Shown here one piece after another: positions 60,083 through 64,000 of a stretch of DNA of 64,000 nucleotides. The DNA comes from Phaeosaccion multiseriatum (taxonomy: Eukaryota > Protista > Ochrophyta, other classes), in NCBI GenBank assembly GCA_965112735.1, contig OZ218959.1, forward strand, positions 1,178,001 to 1,242,000, read 5' to 3'. Both the position numbers and the translations under genes were made by a program. Positions within the stretch are counted from its first letter, which is position 1. Every line of letters begins with the position of its first letter. Below the pieces are notes generated by a model that was not told the DNA's origin, made no database searches, and saw nothing but the letters and a program-made list of their open reading frames with translations.

Positions 60083-63000
60083 TCAAGCGTCCAAGTTGGT
60101 GATAAAGAGTGCCACCTGTGGATGCAGCCCCGCCTCCTGCAGCGTCTCGTTGCTGCTCTCGGGGCCGTATGTCTTCTTGGGGTACGGGGTGGACATACTG
60201 AAGTTGGTGATGGCGATGTCGTTGTCGATAAAGTACAGCTCCAGAAAATCCCTGTTGTTTTGTTTTGTGTTGTTTTTATTGTTGTTGTTGTTGTTGTTGT
60301 TGGACGAGGTGAGACGATGACACACAGGCGTGTGCGGGTCGGCAGGCAGACAGAGAGGCAGGCAGGTAAGAGACCGACGGAAGTGGGGTTGGAGGGGAGG
60401 GAGGGCCAGAGAGAGGAAGGGAGACAAGGAGCGAGGGCAAGCGCTGCAAGGCAAGCGAGCGCACCTTATCTGCTGAACGGTGTTGTTCTTGTCGAAGCGA
60501 CGGTTGACCTTGGCTCCAGTGGGCAGCTGCAGCCGGACGCGGGTTGCGTCGGGCCCGCTGGCTGGCTCGGGCAGGACAGCCTCTCTGCAGGTGGGGGAGG
60601 ACGAGAAGGATTAGTATTAGTAGTAGTAGCAGGAGTAGTAGTAGGAGCAGCAGCAGCAGGAGGAGTAGTAGTAGTAGTACAGTAGTAATAGTAGTAAAGT
60701 GGTAGTCGCAGTAGAAGCGGCAGTAGAAGGAGGAAACGACGGACAACACAAGATGAGTCTTCCACTGCAAGCATGTCTTCCTCTCTTCAAGGTCAGCGCA
60801 CTCCTCCCCCAGCCCCCTACCCTCCTTCTCGTCCTCCTGCTCGCCCTCCTCCTCCTCCTCCTCCTCCTCCTCCTCCTCCTCCTCCTCCTCCTTCCCCCTC
60901 CTCCTCCTCCTCTTCCTTCTTCTCCTCCTCCTCCTCCTTCTCCTCCTCCTCCTCCTCCCCCCCCTCGTCGTCCTAGTGGGCCCTACAACATGCCCCTACC
61001 CCACCTTAGGCGAGCAATGACGTCTTCCCTCTCCTGCGTGGCCTGCTCCTCCCTCCGCCTGTTCTCCTCCTCCTCCCTCTGCTGCCGCGCCACTTCCTCC
61101 TCTGCCATTGACCTGCGCCGCCGGTCCGCCTCCAGCGATTCCCGGTACTCCGCGTCCTGACACCAAGTCACCAAGCAGGAAGCAAGAAGGAAGAACCCAA
61201 CAACAGGAAGTGATGAGAACATTGAGGTCGTAACAGTTACAGATACAGTTACAGATACAGATACAGTTACAGATACAGTTACACTTTAGGTACTAGGCAA
61301 GGGTCAGGTCTACGCAAGCCGCCGTGTGGTGTCTTGTAATGTGGATGTTGGGGAGGGGGGGGCAACAGGGGCGGAGGAGGAGGAGGAGGAGGAGGAGGAG
61401 GCCCGCACACGCAGACACACGCACGCACACACACGCACACACACACACACACACACATGTTGGTGATACACACCTGCTCCTGCACGAGTCGCCGGCCTTC
61501 CTCTCTCTCTCTCTGCTGCCTGCGGATGGCCTCCAGCTGCTCGTTGGTAAGGCAAGGCAAGAGAGGGAGGAGGGAGGAAGCATGGCGAGGTGTAAAGGTA
61601 GAGAGAGGGTAGAAAAGAGAAGAGAGGGAGACGGCTCAGCAACCTATAAGGGTTGGAGAAGGCTCAGTAAAATGGGCCATGCATACGGTTACAGAGCGAC
61701 CTTCGGGGGATGGCACTGGATGGAGGAAAGGACACTTCCATCCTTCGCTCCAAGACAGGCACGGCGACGAAGCCCACACCGAGGGCCTTATTCCTTGATT
61801 GTCTTCTTCTTGCTTGGGATGGATGGTTACTCTCGCCGCGACACCTTCAAGTCTTCCTCTCAATGCAATACGTTCCCCTTGGCCCATTGGATCGCACAGC
61901 GTACGTCATCCTTGCCTTGCCTTGCCTTGCCTTCTCTCCCACCCCCACGCACCCACCCACCCACCCACCTGGTCCTGGAAGCGCGCCATTGCTCCAGACA
62001 CCTTCTCCATGAGCGTCTCTGTGGAAGCCGCCCCATCACAGCGCTCCACAATCTGAACAAGAGAACAAGAGAACAAGAAGGACAAGGAGGAGGAAAAGAG
62101 GGGAAGGCAGGCAGACCAAGGCACACGGAACGCATTCCTTCCCTTCGTCAGTCCTCGTCTGTTGCCCTTCTCTTCCGTGCATCCACACCTACATATACAC
62201 CTCCACCCCCCGCTCCTGTCTCCCCTTCCTAGCCGTCTCCCTCCTCCCGCCCACTCTCCCTCCCCCTCCCCTGCCCCTCACCTCTACTTGGTTGGTTTTA
62301 CAGATGAGCAGATTGAGGCTGGGGAACGTGGTGGCCCCAAGCTGACAGCCCACTCGATACGCGTCGGGATGCTGCACGGAACCACCCCACACCAAGACGC
62401 TGTGCTCGAGGAAGCCCACCAGAGTGTCCGAGCAGAGAGTACCGCTGCGGCAAATGCATGGATGTAATGCATGTGGTAGGGGCAGCAGGGACGGGAGGAG
62501 GGAGGAGGGCCCATGGAGACGTATGGGGACAAGGAGGGAGGGATGGGAGGGATGGGAGGGGGGTGGAGGAGGGTCGAGGCTAAGGAAGACTCGTCGACAG
62601 ACTCGGACAGAGAGACAAGAGAGACAGACACTTGCATCTCTCTCCTTCCATCTCTTCTCATGTTCTTTCGTTCTTGTGTAGAGAAGACCAGGAGAGCGGC
62701 ACAGCACGCACCCCCCCCCCCCCCCCCCACACACACACACCTACAGAACTTGTCTGTGTCCTGGTGCAGCGGTGAGTGTAAGTACACCAAAAGGAACTTG
62801 TTCTCTCGAGCCGCCTGGGCCACCGCCTCTCGGTAGCTGAGGACGCAGAGGGATGGGACACCACACGCCGAGGAGAGGAGAGAGGAGAGGGGAGAGCAGC
62901 GGAACAGGCCGAGGAGAGGATAAGACAAGGACGCAAGGATACGTAAGTGTGTGTGTGGATGAAGGCGTGCACAGCATGGGGGGATGTGTAATGGGGGCAG

Positions 63001-63161
63001 CGAGGGGCCGATTCTGTAGGCAGAGGCTGATTCAGTAGGCAGGGAGGTGAGCGACAGACGAGGACAAACACACCCACTCACTCACTCACTCACTCACTCA
63101 CTCACTCACTCACTCACCTATCTGCGATGAAGTCGGGCTTTTGCTCGCGTCCGTACTCCGC
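60083..63161 (-). CDS. FAF2/UBXD8-like p97 adaptor (UAS + coiled coil + UBX), 3' part
   Basis: Exons 63161-63118, 62836-62741, 62444-62282, 62052-61969, 61536-61474, 61156-61005, 60584-60465, 60251-60083. UAS: SYREAVAQAARENKFLLVYLHSPLHQDTDKFC. Coil: EQDAEYRESLEADR. UBX: RVRLQLPTGAKVNRRF...TPYPKK...TLQEAGLHP. 5' exons not resolved or beyond the window. Confidence 0.9.
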
Positions 63162-63301
63162 CTGTAGGGTCATATGCAACATAAAAGGAACAGACACAGA
63201 TATGGACACAGATATGGGGTGAGGTGACGTCACTTGGCATGAAGCAGCAGCTGGGGGGGGTGCTTGCTGCCTCTGGGCGGCGGGGGCAGCAGGGGGGAAG
63301 G

Positions 63302-63375
<74 letters not shown>

Positions 63376-63779
63376 ATGACAGAGCTACACTGCATGCATG
63401 CACTGGCTCGAACACAAGAGAAAGAGACAATGAAAGAGGCGTGTGGTTGGTTCGTTCTGCCTCCTCTCCTGTCCCGGGCCCTGCCACAGCATCCCACCTC
63501 ACATTATCATCCCCATTACAATACATTACAGCATCAATATATAATACTTAGTATATGTTATGAAACAACACTAATATATAATACATATGTCATGTATGTA
63601 TCCCACCTCCTCCTCCCCATTACGTTACATTACAACACTACTATATAATACATATGTCATGTATGTATATATATCCCACCTCCTCATACCATTCAAATGT
63701 ATCACGGTTGTGTATCCCACCTCCTCATCCCCTGCTTGTCTTGTGTTGCTTGTCTTGTCGCTCACCCCACCCACACTCC

Positions 63780-64000
63780 CTCACCCTCACGCCCATCCCA
63801 TTGTTAACTGCACCGTTAACTGCACCCCTCACGCCCATCCCATTGTTAACTGCACCGTTAACTGCACCCCTCACGCCCATCCCATTGTTAGCTGCACCGT
63901 TAACTGCACCCCTCACGCCCATCCCATTGTTAACTGCACCCCTCACGCCCATCCCATTGTTAACTGCACCCCTCACGCCCATCCCATTGTTAACTGCACC
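63780..64000. repeat. 30-bp minisatellite with 12-bp sub-duplications
   Basis: GTTAACTGCACCCCTCACGCCCATCCCATT repeated to the window end. Confidence 0.95.

Overview
Eukaryotic nuclear DNA, GC-rich, gene-dense and intron-rich. The gene content and the CENP-C cupin style suggest a stramenopile or similar protist (inference, not determined). Splicing by hand at GT/GC-AG junctions gives 13 protein genes: MPP10 (-, runs off the left end), COQ3 (+), a class-V PLP cysteine desulfhydrase/Egt2-like lyase (-), a WW + C2HC zinc-finger protein (+), a STE11/MEKK-like kinase (-), SNU13 (+), an SLC25A39/40-type mitochondrial carrier (-), CENP-C (+), an Mpv17/PMP22 protein (+), a 55-aa two-exon MGxxxS microprotein missing from the ORF track (-), a 38-exon cytoplasmic dynein-1 heavy chain (+), PIG-F (-) and a FAF2/UBX protein (-, runs off the right end). 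Most ORF-track entries are antisense or microsatellite artefacts. Main non-coding signals: (1) a box C/D snoRNA-like RNA inside the SNU13 intron, with an LSU-rRNA-like guide overlapping splice-site-like sequence (possible autoregulation); (2) a dispersed motif GCAGTTGGTGATAC recurring on both strands in exons (different frames), introns and intergenic DNA; (3) many introns with G-rich 5' halves and complementary C-rich 3' halves, plus tandem arrays of splice-site sequences; (4) a 131-nt near-perfect hairpin between convergent genes; (5) a 159-bp MITE-like element. All coordinates were counted by eye and may be off by a few bases.
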